From NCBI GenBank assembly GCA_964016885.1, contig OZ024750.1:4340001-4404000 (forward strand): a DNA stretch of 64,000 nucleotides, given 5' to 3'. The position numbers were made by a program, and so were the translations under genes. Origin of the DNA: Eledone cirrhosa (lineage: Eukaryota). The notes beneath the pieces were generated by a model. That model searched no databases. It saw nothing but the letters and a program-made list of their open reading frames with translations, and had not been told where the DNA came from. Positions 27,491 through 40,480 of the stretch are shown piece after piece; positions within the stretch are counted from its first letter, which is position 1; every line of letters begins with the position of its first letter.

Positions 27491-27697
27491 CTACAACCTT
27501 CTCCTTGAAAGGATCTGCTCATAAGTAAAATATCAGCTATCTAAGGACAGGATTCTGGCCTATAACACTAACTCTATCTTCTTTAGAATTTCAAGTTGTG
27601 TAGTAAAATCTATGAGAACCCCTTTAATACATTCAACTCCTCGCTCACCCTTCGTTCCACTCTTCTACTTCTCACTATATATATACTCATGCTCTAG

Positions 27698-27756
27698 CCC
27701 TTAACCCTAATCCCAACCTTTACACTAACCATGATTCCTAACCATAACCCTAACCA
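27698..27756. repeat. Degenerate (CCCTAA)-like repeats
   Basis: CCCTTAACCCTAATCCCAACC...CCTAACCATAACCCTAACC. Confidence 0.55.
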
Positions 27757-27789
27757 ATAAGCTTAATCAATATGCAAAATAGCAGTTCC

Positions 27790-28379
27790 CTATGTAATGT
27801 CCCATTTCTTGTACGCCCTTGTGCCAAATAAAGAAATATAGCTATCTAACAATGGAGAGGCGGTTTTCCTTTGTGTGATAGCTATGGCGAAAGAGGTTGT
27901 ATGGTGGATGAGGTTAAAAGGGCTGAGGTCAGACACCTTTCTCTCCGGCCAACAATTGATTCTTTTTTTCAAATACCACTTTGGAAGAAGAATCAGGATG
28001 GAGAGAGAGGTGCTGTACCCCAGCAAGTTTTATGAAAGGTGGGTGAAAGTGGCGAGAATGGCCCGAGTGAATGGGCCTTCTCGCTATATGAGCCTGTAGG
28101 TTGAGGAAAAGGAGGAAGAGAGGAAAGGGGTACAAACTCTTCGTACTCCGGGAGATGAGGGTTGCACATTTTTTCGGGGGTATGTGTTACCCATATGAAA
28201 TGTCTCCCCCTATTGGGGAAAATTGATTAATTTTTAAATTACATTTGTGATAATATTTTACACGTTTTTATTGTATGTAAACTTCCTCCTTTGTATTTGT
28301 CCCCTTCTTTTGTGCCCCTGTGGCTAATAAAGAAACATATCTATCTATCTATCCATCTATCTCTCTATCTCTCTATCTC

Positions 28380-28423
<44 letters not shown>

Positions 28424-28435
28424 ATTTATCTATCT
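27790..28435 (+). mobile_element. Tx1/L1-like LINE 3' ends in tandem: short tail 27790-27848, then ORF2 C-terminus (to 28099), 3' UTR and (TCTA)n
   Basis: AMAKEVVWWMRLKG...FFKYH..RRIRMEREVL....F.ERW resembles the Tx1/L1 ORF2 C-terminal AK..IW..R motif; AATAAAGAAA precedes (TCTA)n. Confidence 0.75.
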
Positions 28436-28987
28436 ACCAGTTACCTATCCATATATGTATATATCTATGTATGGTTGTGTTGATATACCGGAACCGTTGA
28501 ACTGGTGAATGTCAAGTACTTTAGCTTTCATCTAAATTCGTCTTAAACTATTCAGATGTATTGTATTCCGTGGTTAAACGGCAAATATCTTACTAAGTTG
28601 CTTCTCTCTTATCAAACCAAGTAGTGAACTCAGAAAGCAACTATTTGAAATAAATATTTCCTGTTAATAACACACGTAGAAAGAAAGACACAAACACACG
28701 CTCGGAAATCCATACAAACGGACACACTCACACGCATGCGAGCGCTCAAGCACATACATACATAGGTTTATGTTTTTACATACCAGTGCAGGTAAGTACG
28801 TACGGGTACGTAGTTGGATATATCTGTGAGGATCAAATGTAGACATTCATTTGCTTGCTCGGATATACATCGGTATGTGCATATATCCAACACACACACA
28901 CACATACACAGACACAGTCACTCACAGGCACAGTCACTCACAGACTCACACACACATATATATATATATACGTACACACACACACGC

Positions 28988-29023
<36 letters not shown>

Positions 29024-29086
29024 TTGTGTGTGTAATTTACTCTTCAGCGGAAACAATATAGACGGTTTTCAATGTATGTATTAACA

Positions 29087-29194
<108 letters not shown>

Positions 29195-29729
29195 CGTATG
29201 CATGTATATGAGTATACACCTATATTAATTCTTCTCTAATAGAAGGTATTTCAAAAACGTGAATGAGAAAAAATCTCCAAGAAAACTAATTACATGAAAA
29301 TTGAGAAGAATTTCTTTCATCGTCATGTAAGTTTGTAGACAAATGATATCTAGAGATGAATTGATGAAATATAATATAATTCATATTGGAACATAACGTT
29401 GGTAGACATACCATGACTACCAACGTTGTTCTGCCTATTCAAGAAAGCGTTTAAATATAAGTTTGAAAGTAGAGATAACGGAGAGGAATTCCCGATCCTG
29501 TCAACAAAATTTCCATACGTCTTTAAATACAAGTCTTCGATATGTGAATGGTTAAATGTGAGTAGAAAGGCACCCAGGGGTCATGATATGGATGTGGCCC
29601 GGTCACCTTAGTGTGTAAGAAGTTAAGGGTTGGTTGACACATTCGCTTGAATGAAGTCCTTCTGCTGTCCAGCTCTCCTGAGAGTTTCTTCTCTGAATAC
29701 CTTCTACCGTCGGGGAAGAATGGTAATGA

Positions 29730-30111
29730 TTATGAAGTCGATAAAAAAGTACCAGTCAAGTACTGGGGTCGATTCTTCCTTTATATCTTTTTCTCACTCC
29801 AATTCTCTCACTTTCTGTCCTTCTCTGGAAGAAATCTGATATATTCAGACCTGGAGAGAGATGGGGTCTGCCAAACTTAAAATGCTCAAGAAACGCCATA
29901 TGTCTCTATTATTAGACAGGCGGTGGATTGGCAGTATCGGTAGAGGGTCGGACACCATGCTTTGACGCATAGAGTTACGGCCCTTGTCATTCTGAGTTCA
30001 AATCCCACCGAGGTTAACTTTGCCCTTCATCCTGACGGGATCGATAAAATAAAGTACTTGTAATGCCCTGGGATAATTGCTGGCCTTGTGCCAAAAGTAG
30101 AAACAATTATT
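29730..30111 (+). mobile_element. Composite SINE variant tail (29730-29905) followed by full-length SINE family 1 (29919-30111)
   Basis: Matches the consensus of each type. Confidence 0.88.
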
Positions 30112-30786
30112 TATAGCATAGACAGTTAAAATACTCAGAAATAAATGCTTAGTGGTAAATATTTTAAATCACATATAGTATGTTCTTTCGAAGTTTGCCA
30201 GCAGTATGTTCTTCAGACGGGAAAATAAAAAAAAAACGAAACGAAACAAAAAAAAAAAACAGACTGTTGAGAATCTATTTTAAAAATGTTTTGGAAAACT
30301 ATATATCTAAATATCATAGCACGGAATAGAAATATTTTAAAGAAATCACTGCCAAGAAAGCAGGGGTTTCCACTTAAATTCAGTACTTATTGCTATTTTT
30401 ACACCAGTGCACCCTATTTGATTAGCAGTCGGTGTTTGCAGCAGGCGGAATTTTCAGTAGATTCAGCCAGCAGCAGTTGTTATAGTCTGCTTTTATTTGT
30501 AAAGTCTAGTCTAATATATTTTATTTTTCTCAGTGTCTCATATGCACCAAAGAGAGGTAATTCTCAAGTGACTAAGCCTCGACACTGTTTGCCATGTTAC
30601 AATTGCTGATTTCAAGCCTCTCTCACTCTCTCTCTTTCTTTCTTTCTTTCTCTCTCCCTCTCTCTTTCCCCTATTCCTCTCTCTCTCTTTACGCACGCAC
30701 ACACACACACACACACACACAGACACACACACATAAACACACTCGCACACAGACACTCACACAAACACACACAGCTTCACAAACAC

Positions 30787-30834
<48 letters not shown>

Positions 30835-30910
30835 CGAAGGAAGTGTGGTAAGGAACCAGGTGGACCATAACGCACCAGAGTGCTCAATACTTTTGGTAGT
30901 AGAGTAGGTA

Positions 30911-31010
30911 ATAGGAAAATGTTCAAGACCCCGACGGCTATTTCTGGAGTCCAGAAGTAGCTGTCGAAACGGCTTGAGCTCTGCCGTCGGGGTCTTGAAC
31001 ATTTCCCTAT
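30911..31010 (+). mobile_element. Fold-back remnant of a hammerhead element (family of 51383-51479) lacking the CUGANGA strand
   Basis: 28-bp inverted arms; internal GACGGCTA..TAGCTGTC-GAAA-CGGC..GCCG-TC-GGGGTC. Confidence 0.75.
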
Positions 31011-31019
31011 ATATATATG

Positions 31020-31051
<32 letters not shown>

Positions 31052-32003
31052 AGAGAGAGTGTTATCATGTGCTCCGAGTGGTGTGAAAGTTCTTCTATAG
31101 CGAGACTGGATATGTGGAATAATTCGTTACACAAGACTTATTTCTCTGTCATAATTCTAAAGTAGACATAATCTATTTGCACAATAAGGTCTGTGGATTG
31201 ACAGAATCGTTGGACTGAAGGACCAAATACGTTGCAGAAATTTAGCTCTGTTCCTTTACGTCCTTAGTTCAAATCCCTCAGACGCCAACTTTGCATTTCA
31301 TTCTTCGGCAGTCGATAAAATAATATATTTGTATTGAGGCGAAAAAAATAGACTACAAACGTACCCTAAATCTGTGGTCTTGTGCCAGAAATCGATATTA
31401 TATATTGGTTGGAGGGGTTAGTAAGGGATAATTGTGGTTTTTATTCGTACTTTCGCACTCCTAACATCACTCCTTCATTTCAATTCTTCCATCATTTGTT
31501 TGTCCACAAACCTTCTTCTTGTTGCTGTTGCTGCACGATGAGACTGGAGTCATCCTAGATCAGTGATCTCAGAGACATCATCATGCGTAGAGCCGACCAG
31601 GTTCACAAACCCAAACGACAAAAGTTGCTCTTTTTCACTTCATTCTGACGAAGGGCAAGGAAGCAAAACGTTAGATACTTCACCTTTCCCTGCTAATGAA
31701 CTTATCAAATTATTCCAGGATTTCTTCTATTCCAGGAATTCTTCTATCAGCTGAAGTGTTCACTATGCAGACGATCTCTAGTTACTTCGGATTTTTGATT
31801 GTATACTGTATTTATATTGCGGTTTGTGAAAGCCTAACACGCATTACATATAATAATTATGATGTTACAATCCACAGAGTGTATCTCCTGTGTATTGAAA
31901 GCAGTTAGGATTAAAATACGCTCAACTGGAACGGTATTTAAACTTGAACCGATGAAGTTTGTACGAGAAAATATTCAAAACATCAAGCTTGAATGTGCAC
32001 ATT

Positions 32004-32089
<86 letters not shown>

Positions 32090-32164
32090 TATATACATAT
32101 TTATATATATATATATACATATTTATATATATATATACATATATATATACATATTTATATATAC

Positions 32165-32214
<50 letters not shown>

Positions 32215-32285
32215 ATATATATATATTTATATATATGTATGTATATATGTATAAATATATCAATATATATATACACACACACATT

Positions 32286-32352
<67 letters not shown>

Positions 32353-32638
32353 GATGTCTGTGTGCGTGTGTTTGTTTCAACCAGAAATCCAGATATCCTC
32401 CCACACAAGGAATTTTGAACACGTGAAAGAAAATCTTCAACAAAACCTAATTACTTGTAAATATAGAACTGATCTCGCCGTCTCGGAAGGCTGCACAAAA
32501 AGGCAGGTATGGATAACCATGCTGAATCCACGTGATACTGATGGTGTTAATGTAATTACAGCATGGAAGAGTAACTTTAGCCATTAAAACACAAACACAC
32601 ACACACCCACACACACCCACCCACACACACGTACACAC

Positions 32639-32686
<48 letters not shown>

Positions 32687-32952
32687 GTTAACTATACTTT
32701 ATCAATTAGCTCTTGGTATCAATATTTTTTATCCTACTCTGTGATCTGGTCGTTGAGACAGCTCTACTGCAGTTGACACCGAGTTAACAGCTCTCTGGGT
32801 TTTAGGAAAAGTTTAAAATGACTTCTGCTTTGTAATTGCTTCAGTTACAACACATGATCTCAGCTCAAGTTTCCTTCCAGACATGTTCAACTCCGAAATT
32901 TGGATGATGTTAAGGTTATTGATAAAATCGTAAAGGTAATTGAGGTAACAAT

Positions 32953-33110
32953 CGGCGAATTAGCAGAGTCGTTAGAACGTCAGCTAGAGTGCTTTGTGGG
33001 ATTCGCCCCGTCTCTCTACTCTCTGAGTTCAAATCCCACCGAGGTCAACTTTGCTTTTCATCCGTTGAAAGTCGATAAAAAAGTACCAGTCTAGTACTGG
33101 GGGTCGATTT
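32953..33110 (+). mobile_element. Diverged SINE family 1
   Basis: B-box and Nin-like core. Confidence 0.85.
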
Positions 33111-33172
33111 CTTTTTAATGAAACAGTTCTAGTCCTGGAAAATGTGTGAGATCCTTGGTACAATTAGGTATA

Positions 33173-33303
33173 TTTGAAAAAAATGAAAAGAATGACTTCA
33201 CTTGTAGTTCTAAACAATTTGATTTATTTTATATTATAATATTATAAAATTAAATCAAATTGTTTACAACTACAAGTGAAGTCATTCTTTTCCTTTTTTT
33301 CAA

Positions 33304-33304
<1 letters not shown>
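33173..33304. repeat. AT-rich fold-back palindrome (about 60-bp arms) abutting (TA)n
   Basis: GAAAAGAATGACTTCACTTGTAGTT.TAAACAATTTGATTTA vs TAAATCAAATTGTTTA.AACTACAAGTGAAGTCATTCTTTTC. Confidence 0.9.
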
Positions 33305-33397
<93 letters not shown>

Positions 33398-33503
33398 TGA
33401 GTGTGTGTGTGTGTGTGTGTCGTATACACAGTTAGTATGAACTTATTGCCGGTAACGATGCTAATTCTTGTATTATGACATTTTATATAATTTTAAAGAA
33501 ATC

Positions 33504-34030
33504 TAGGGCTACCTCCCAACTCACCACCATAGGCGCTGAGCTGGCTACCCCTTGGCAGTGGAGACTTCTGGTGTCCTCGGCCCTAGGGCTACCTCCCTAC
33601 TCACCACCATAGGCGCTGAGCTGGCCAGCCGCAAGTGTGAGCCCCGCCAGTTGGAATGGCTCTTCCAGTGCGTCTCCCTTGCCGTCCTTTGGGGAAACGC
33701 CTTCTCCATTCTGTCGGCCGGGGCTGTGGGGAGGCCAGCAATAGGATTGACTGACTTGACATAGAGTAGAAACAGAGGACATTGGATGACAGATCAATAA
33801 AGAATTTAGTCCGTCCATTTTAAAGACAAGGAGAGAAAGTAACGTCCGAACGAGGATCCTCCACTTCCAATTAATTTACTCTCTCTCTTTTATTGGGTCC
33901 CGGCTGACACGATGGAGGATATATTGCCCGGGAGAAGGGCGAGGGAGACCTGCTGGAACAGCCTCTCTATTTCATGGGGCCCATACCTGTGGGTGGCCAG
34001 CCCCGGTCCGATAGCAGTGAGTAGGGATGT
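33504..34030 (+). mobile_element. 3' end of a CRE-clade non-LTR element (endonuclease C-terminus plus probable 3' UTR), with a duplicated 40-bp piece at its 5' junction
   Basis: PLAVETSGVLGPRA..LL..IG...EPRQLEWLFQCVSLAVLWGNAFSIL matches the CRE motif P.AVET.G..G..A...L.QR.S.A..RGNA..I. Confidence 0.8.
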
Positions 34031-34079
34031 GGTCAAGATACATAGCAACATCTGCCGTGCTTTGTTACATTTATTGATA

Positions 34080-34608
34080 CTACCACCACTATGACCACCA
34101 CTACTACCACCACCACCACCACCACTACTACCACCACCATCACCACCACCACCACCACCACCATCACCACCACCACCACCACTACTACCACCACCATCAC
34201 CACCACCACCACCACCACCACCATCACCACCACCACCACCACCACAACTGCCATTTCCACTACTACCATCACAAACACTATTACCACCACTACCACTACT
34301 ACCACCATTAAAACCACAAACACCAGCACCACAACCACCCCAATACTACTATCCCACCACCACCACCACCACTACCACCACCACCACCACCACCACTACC
34401 ACCACTACCACCATCACCACCACCACCACCACCACCACTACCAACACCATCCCAAACACTACCACCACTACCACCACCACCACCACCACCACTACCACCA
34501 CCACCACCACCACCACCACCACCACCACTACCAACACCATCCCAGACACTACCACCACCACCACCACCACCACCACCACCACCACCACCACCACCACCAC
34601 CACCACCA
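34080..34608. repeat. (CAC)n microsatellite
   Basis: Direct reading. Confidence 0.95.
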
Positions 34609-34735
34609 TGTCAGTAATGTCGCTAGTTTCCTTATAAAAAGACAGTCGAAGCTTTTGATGAGTTTCAAATATATTATTTCTCTGTGGATTATAACTAACA
34701 ATGAAATATTAGAAAGGTCGCCAGGCCGTCTCCGA

Positions 34736-34774
<39 letters not shown>

Positions 34775-34850
34775 GCACACACACTCTCTCTCTCTCACAC
34801 ACACACTCTCTCTCTCTCTCTGACACACACACACACACACACACCCTCTC

Positions 34851-34900
<50 letters not shown>

Positions 34901-35809
34901 TCTCTCTCTCACACACACACACTCTCTCTCTCTCTGACACACACACACTCTCTCTCTCTCTCTCACACACACACTCTCTCTCTCTGTCTCTCTCTCACAC
35001 ACACACTCTCTCTCACCCTCTCTCTCTATATATATATATGATACATATATATATATATGATACATACACATATATATATATCCCTCTGTCTCTCTTTCTC
35101 ACTCCTCTCTCTCTCTTTCTCTCTCTCTCTGTCTCTGTCTCTGTCGCTTTCTCTTTCTCACTCCTCTCTCTCTCTCTTTCTCTGTCTCTGTCTCTGTCTC
35201 TTTCTCTTTCTCTCTGCTTCTCTCTCTATCTGACTGTCTCTCTCTCACTCACTCTCTCTCTCCTCTCTCTCACTCTTTATCTCTCTCTCTTTGTCATTTT
35301 ACTATTGTCTTGTTTACTATTTATCATTCGGACTTTCCATACATACATGCCGACCTTCCATATATTTACGATACAATATCCAGTTGCATAACTCTCTCGT
35401 AATTAACGTTGAGTCATAACAAACCAAGAGAGAAAGGGTTAAAATCTTGATGACTCACCAATACTGACGGGCAAATGTATTATATAATGAGAAGACCATG
35501 GCATATACAAACGGAAAACAATAGCTTTCAGTCCAACTGATATAAATTAACAAAATAAATGGATCTTAAGCGGCCTCTTTAAATCTCGTGCATGTTTGAA
35601 TAACACCCCACACTTTGTAACATAGAGTTACAGCCCTTTATGATCTGAGTTCAAATCCCGGCCCAGGTTAACTTCAAGAATTATCAAAGACAGGAATTTA
35701 ATGAAATTAAAGATCGCATTCTCTTCTTCTTCTTCTTCTTCTTCTTCTTCTTCTTCTTCTTCTTCTTCTTCTTCTTCTTCTTCTTCATCATTATTTTACT
35801 CTTAATTGA

Positions 35810-36030
35810 GGGCGGTGAATTCGTAGAATCGGTAGAGTGTCAGACACCATCCTTTGCAGAATAGAGTTATGGCCCTTTACGTTCTGTTTTGAAACCCCGC
35901 TGAAGTTAGCTTTACCTTTAATCCTTACGGGGTCGAGCAAATAAAGAACCAGTGATGTACTGGGGTCGATTTAATCGACTTTCCCCTCCCCCAAAATTGG
36001 TGGTCTTGTGCCTAAATAAAAAACCAATAT
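35810..36030 (+). mobile_element. SINE family 1, long-tail form
   Basis: Includes the GGGGTCGATTTAATCGACTTTCCCCTCCCC segment. Confidence 0.85.
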
Positions 36031-36062
36031 TACTAATTCTGCTTACTCTGCAAGTGTCATGA

Positions 36063-36165
36063 TACGAGGGTCGGCTGAAAAGTTCATAGGCTTATAGGCT
36101 GACCAAGATACTCTCATGGAATGACCAAATGGTGTTTATTTGTCAACATAGTCCCTGGAAAGCCG
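36063..36165 (+). mobile_element. Mariner-type MITE left end
   Basis: taCGAGGGTCGGCTGAAAAGTTCATAGGCT...CCAAGATACTCTCATGGAATGACCAAATG as at 12509. Confidence 0.8.
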
Positions 36166-36197
36166 TGCGCCTTCACACAGACACAGACACACGCGCG

Positions 36198-36261
<64 letters not shown>

Positions 36262-36291
36262 CACATATATATATATATATATATGTGTATA

Positions 36292-36409
<118 letters not shown>

Positions 36410-36654
36410 TATATATATATATATACATACACACATATATATGTGTGTGTGTGCGCGTCTGTCAGCGTGTGTGTGTGTATGTGTGTGTGTGTGTATGTAT
36501 GTCTAGCATATATGTACTAGTACATGTCCGTACAACTGTGATTATGTATATCAACCTTATTTATCATCATCCTTTTTATTATCCTTGTTTTGTTTTCTTA
36601 TATTTTATTGCGTCTAGTTTGTGTGGCTCTCTCACCTTCGCTGTTGAAATAAAA

Positions 36655-38090
36655 GACTGTGTACTTTAGAGGACTGTTTATAGAAGACTGTGTACTTTAG
36701 AGGACTGTTTATAGAATACTGTGTACTTTAGAGGACTGTTTATAGAATACTGTGTACTTTAGAGGACTGTTTATAGAAGACTGTGTACTTTAGAGGACTG
36801 TTTATAGAAGACTGTGTACTTTAGAGGACTGTTTATAGAAGACTGTGTACTTTAGAAGGCTGCTTATAGAAGACTGTGTACTTTAGAGGACTGTTTATAG
36901 AATACTGTGTACTTTAGAGGGCTGTTTATAGAAGACTGAGTACTTTAGAGGACTGTTTATAGAATACTGTGTACTTTAGAAGGCTGCTTATAGAAGACTG
37001 TGTACTTTAGAGGACTGTTTATAGAAGACTGAGTACTTTAGAGGGCTGTTTATAGAAGACTGAGTACTTTAGAGGACTGTTTATAGAAGACTGTGTACTT
37101 TAGAGGACTGTTTATAGAAGACTGAGTACTTTAGAGGGCTGTTTATAGAAGACTGTGTACTTTAGAGGACTGTTTATAGAAGACTGAGTACTTTAGAGGG
37201 CTGTTTATAGAAGACTGTGTACTTTAGAGGACTGTTTATAGAAGACTGAGTACTTTAGAGGGCTGTTTATAGAAGACTGTGTACTTTAGAGGGCTGTTTA
37301 TAGAAGACTGTGAACTTTAGAGGACTGTTTATAGAAGACTGTGTACTTTAGAAGCCTGTTTATAGAAGACTGTGTACTTTAGAAGGCTGTTTATAGAAGA
37401 CTGTGAACTTTAGAGGACTGTTTATCGAAGACTGAGTACTTTAGAGGGCTGTTTATAGAAGACTGTGTACTTTAGAGGGCTGTTTATAGAAGACTGAGTA
37501 CTTTAGAGGGCTGTTTATAGAAGACTGTGTACTTTTGAAGGCTGTTTATAGAAGACTGTGAACTTTAGAGGGCTGTTTATAGAAGACGGTGTACTTTAGA
37601 GGACTGTTTATAGAAGACTGTGTACTTTAGAGGACTGTTTATAGAAGACTGTGTACTTTAGAGGGCTGTATATAGAAGACTGTGAACTTTAGAGGACTGT
37701 TTATAGGAGACTGTGTACTTTAAAGGGCTGTATATAGAAGACTGTGTACTTTAGAGGACTGTTTATAGAAGACTGTGTACTGTAGAGGGCTGTATATAGA
37801 AGACTGTGTACTTTAGAGGGCTGTTTATAGAAGACGGTGTACTTTAGAGGACTGTTTATAGAAGACTGTGTACTTTAGAGGACTGTTTATAGAAGACTGT
37901 GTACTTTAGAGGGCTGTATATAGAAGACTGTGAACTTTAGAGGACTGTATATAGAAGACTGTTTACTTTAGAGGACTGTTTATAGAAGACAGTACTTTAG
38001 AAGGCTGTTTATAGGAGACTGAGTACTTTAGAGGGCTGTTTATAGAAGACTGTGTACTTTAGAGGACTGTATATAGAAGACTGTAATAGA
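36655..38090. repeat. 31-bp tandem satellite (17+14 GACTG subunits), about 46 copies
   Basis: Unit GACTGTGTACTTTAGAG-GACTGTTTATAGAA. Confidence 0.98.
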
Positions 38091-38267
38091 TGACTGTAAC
38101 TGTAGCAGCTACTGCTGAAGAGGTGGCACTTCTAAAGGGCTAACAACAGAAACTATGACAACAATAAAACAGAAGTTAACAAGTGCAGACCTATATATGT
38201 TGGGACTACTGCAATAAATTGCAACACTTGTACTTATTTCGTCCCTTTCTCATTTTCGACGTTGTCT

Positions 38268-38269
<2 letters not shown>

Positions 38270-38305
<36 letters not shown>

Positions 38306-38327
38306 ACACACAGACACACACACACCG

Positions 38328-38361
<34 letters not shown>

Positions 38362-38380
38362 ACAAACCGACACACACACC

Positions 38381-38427
<47 letters not shown>

Positions 38428-38436
38428 ACACACACC

Positions 38437-38491
<55 letters not shown>

Positions 38492-38500
38492 ACACACACC

Positions 38501-38565
<65 letters not shown>

Positions 38566-38574
38566 ACACACACC

Positions 38575-38670
<96 letters not shown>

Positions 38671-38693
38671 CATATATATATACATATATATAA

Positions 38694-38729
<36 letters not shown>

Positions 38730-38744
38730 GTATATATATGTATA

Positions 38745-38801
<57 letters not shown>

Positions 38802-38853
38802 GTGTGTGTGTATATATGTATATATATGTAGAGATACATGCTCACAGACAATC

Positions 38854-38907
<54 letters not shown>

Positions 38908-39230
38908 ATATATGTATATATAGATATGTATATATATATATATATATACAGAGAGAGAGAGAGAGACAAACGCACACAAACACACACATATATATCTGCA
39001 TACATACATATATACATTTATACATACACATACACACATGTGTATATATATATATACATATACACATTCATACATACATGCGCATATATTACTATCATTC
39101 GTACTCTTGCGTATGTGTGTATGTATTTACACAAACGTGTGTGTATGAGCGTCTATGTATGTGAGTGAGTGAGTGTGTGTGTGTATGTGTATGTATATGT
39201 GTGTGTGTGTATGTGCATGTGTGTGTGTGT
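38270..39230. repeat. (CA)n/(TA)n/(GA)n microsatellite cluster
   Basis: Direct reading. Confidence 0.95.
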
Positions 39231-40304
39231 TCCCACGTCTACCTGTCGGTAATTACACATGTACCCTTTCAAAAGCAGCCACCCAACATATATACAATAT
39301 ACATAATCATATATACAGAGAAACACATCTCTCGCTCTCTGACCCTCTCTCTCTTGTTCTCTCTTTCTCCCCTCCTCTCTCACTCTCTCTCCATATGCCG
39401 TCATACCTTTTCTTTCTCACCCCCTAAATTCTGCAGTTTACTTCCAAACCCCATCCCTTTAACACCTCTTTTTCCCTACCGTAGGGAGCACACCCACAGA
39501 CGTATTTCCGGTAAACGAGAAAGCCCGTTGACATATCTTAATGTTAGCAGGTCTATTTTTATTTTCAGTTTTATTTTTATTGTTATTTCGCTGTTGAATA
39601 TCGCAGCAGTGTGTCCCATTCCAGAGCCCTGGAATACCTCCCTAAACTTTACACAAAATACACTTAGAATCCCACATCTATTATTGCCCTCTCCCATCAT
39701 CACTGCGGCTTTACACATTAATAACCAGGTCTTCGTGCTTTATATGTTTCTCACACAGAAAGGAAAACACACCCTTCTTTGCTACTAAAGATTTGACAAA
39801 TGTGTTAATTCTTCAATGGGCAAGGCCGTGTCTAAGATATTCACTTTTGGGCGGCCTAGCCAAGCTTTCATCCTCTAAAGTTGAGTATGTTTCTATTTAT
39901 ATTAGCATTAATTCAGACTTGTCGTTTCAGGGAGAGAATTCAACTTAATGCTTGATCATTTAGATGGTAGTAAAGATTGCTGGGACAAAAAAGGCAGCCG
40001 ACAAAACCCGTTAAAATATCTTGTTTTCGTCTCTTTTATATCCTAGTTTAAATATTCTCTAATCTACCATCACAACTTTGGTGTATTTAAATACATAAAT
40101 GTTAAGCAATTGACTGAATGAAATTCAATGGCGTCGAGCTTACAGAAAACATCAATATCTGATAGTTGACTAGAGAGCTCCTTCCACTATGAGATAAGCT
40201 GTTAATGTAGAGAATCTGTGATTTGATGGGATTCAACATTGAAATTATTTCACTTCAATTATTGCTATTTCTATTGCTACTTAATGGCAAAAGAAAGGAG
40301 TTGG

Positions 40305-40480
40305 ATCGGTAAGGTGTCTGGCAATATGCTTTGCGACATAGAGTTATGGCCCTTTCCGTTCTGAGTTCAAATCCTGCCGAGGTTAACTTTGCCTTTCATC
40401 CTTACGGGGTCGATAAAATAAAGTACCAGTAATGCACTGGGGTAATTGCTGGCCTTGTGCCAAAAGTAGAAACAATTATT
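40305..40480 (+). mobile_element. SINE family 1
   Basis: B-box, Nin-like core, tail. Confidence 0.9.

Noticed and set aside
31640-31680. Hammerhead-like CTGACGA...AAAACGTT
   Set aside because: G12 is missing and stems I and II pair poorly; at best a decayed relic.
36655-38090. Possible CRISPR array (31-bp repeats)
   Set aside because: Repeats are contiguous with no unique spacers, there are no cas genes, and the context is eukaryotic.
38110-38160. CTGAAGA...GAAA motif (similar cases at about 45464, 16054, 20178 and 48712)
   Set aside because: No consistent set of three stems with a correctly placed UH site could be drawn.
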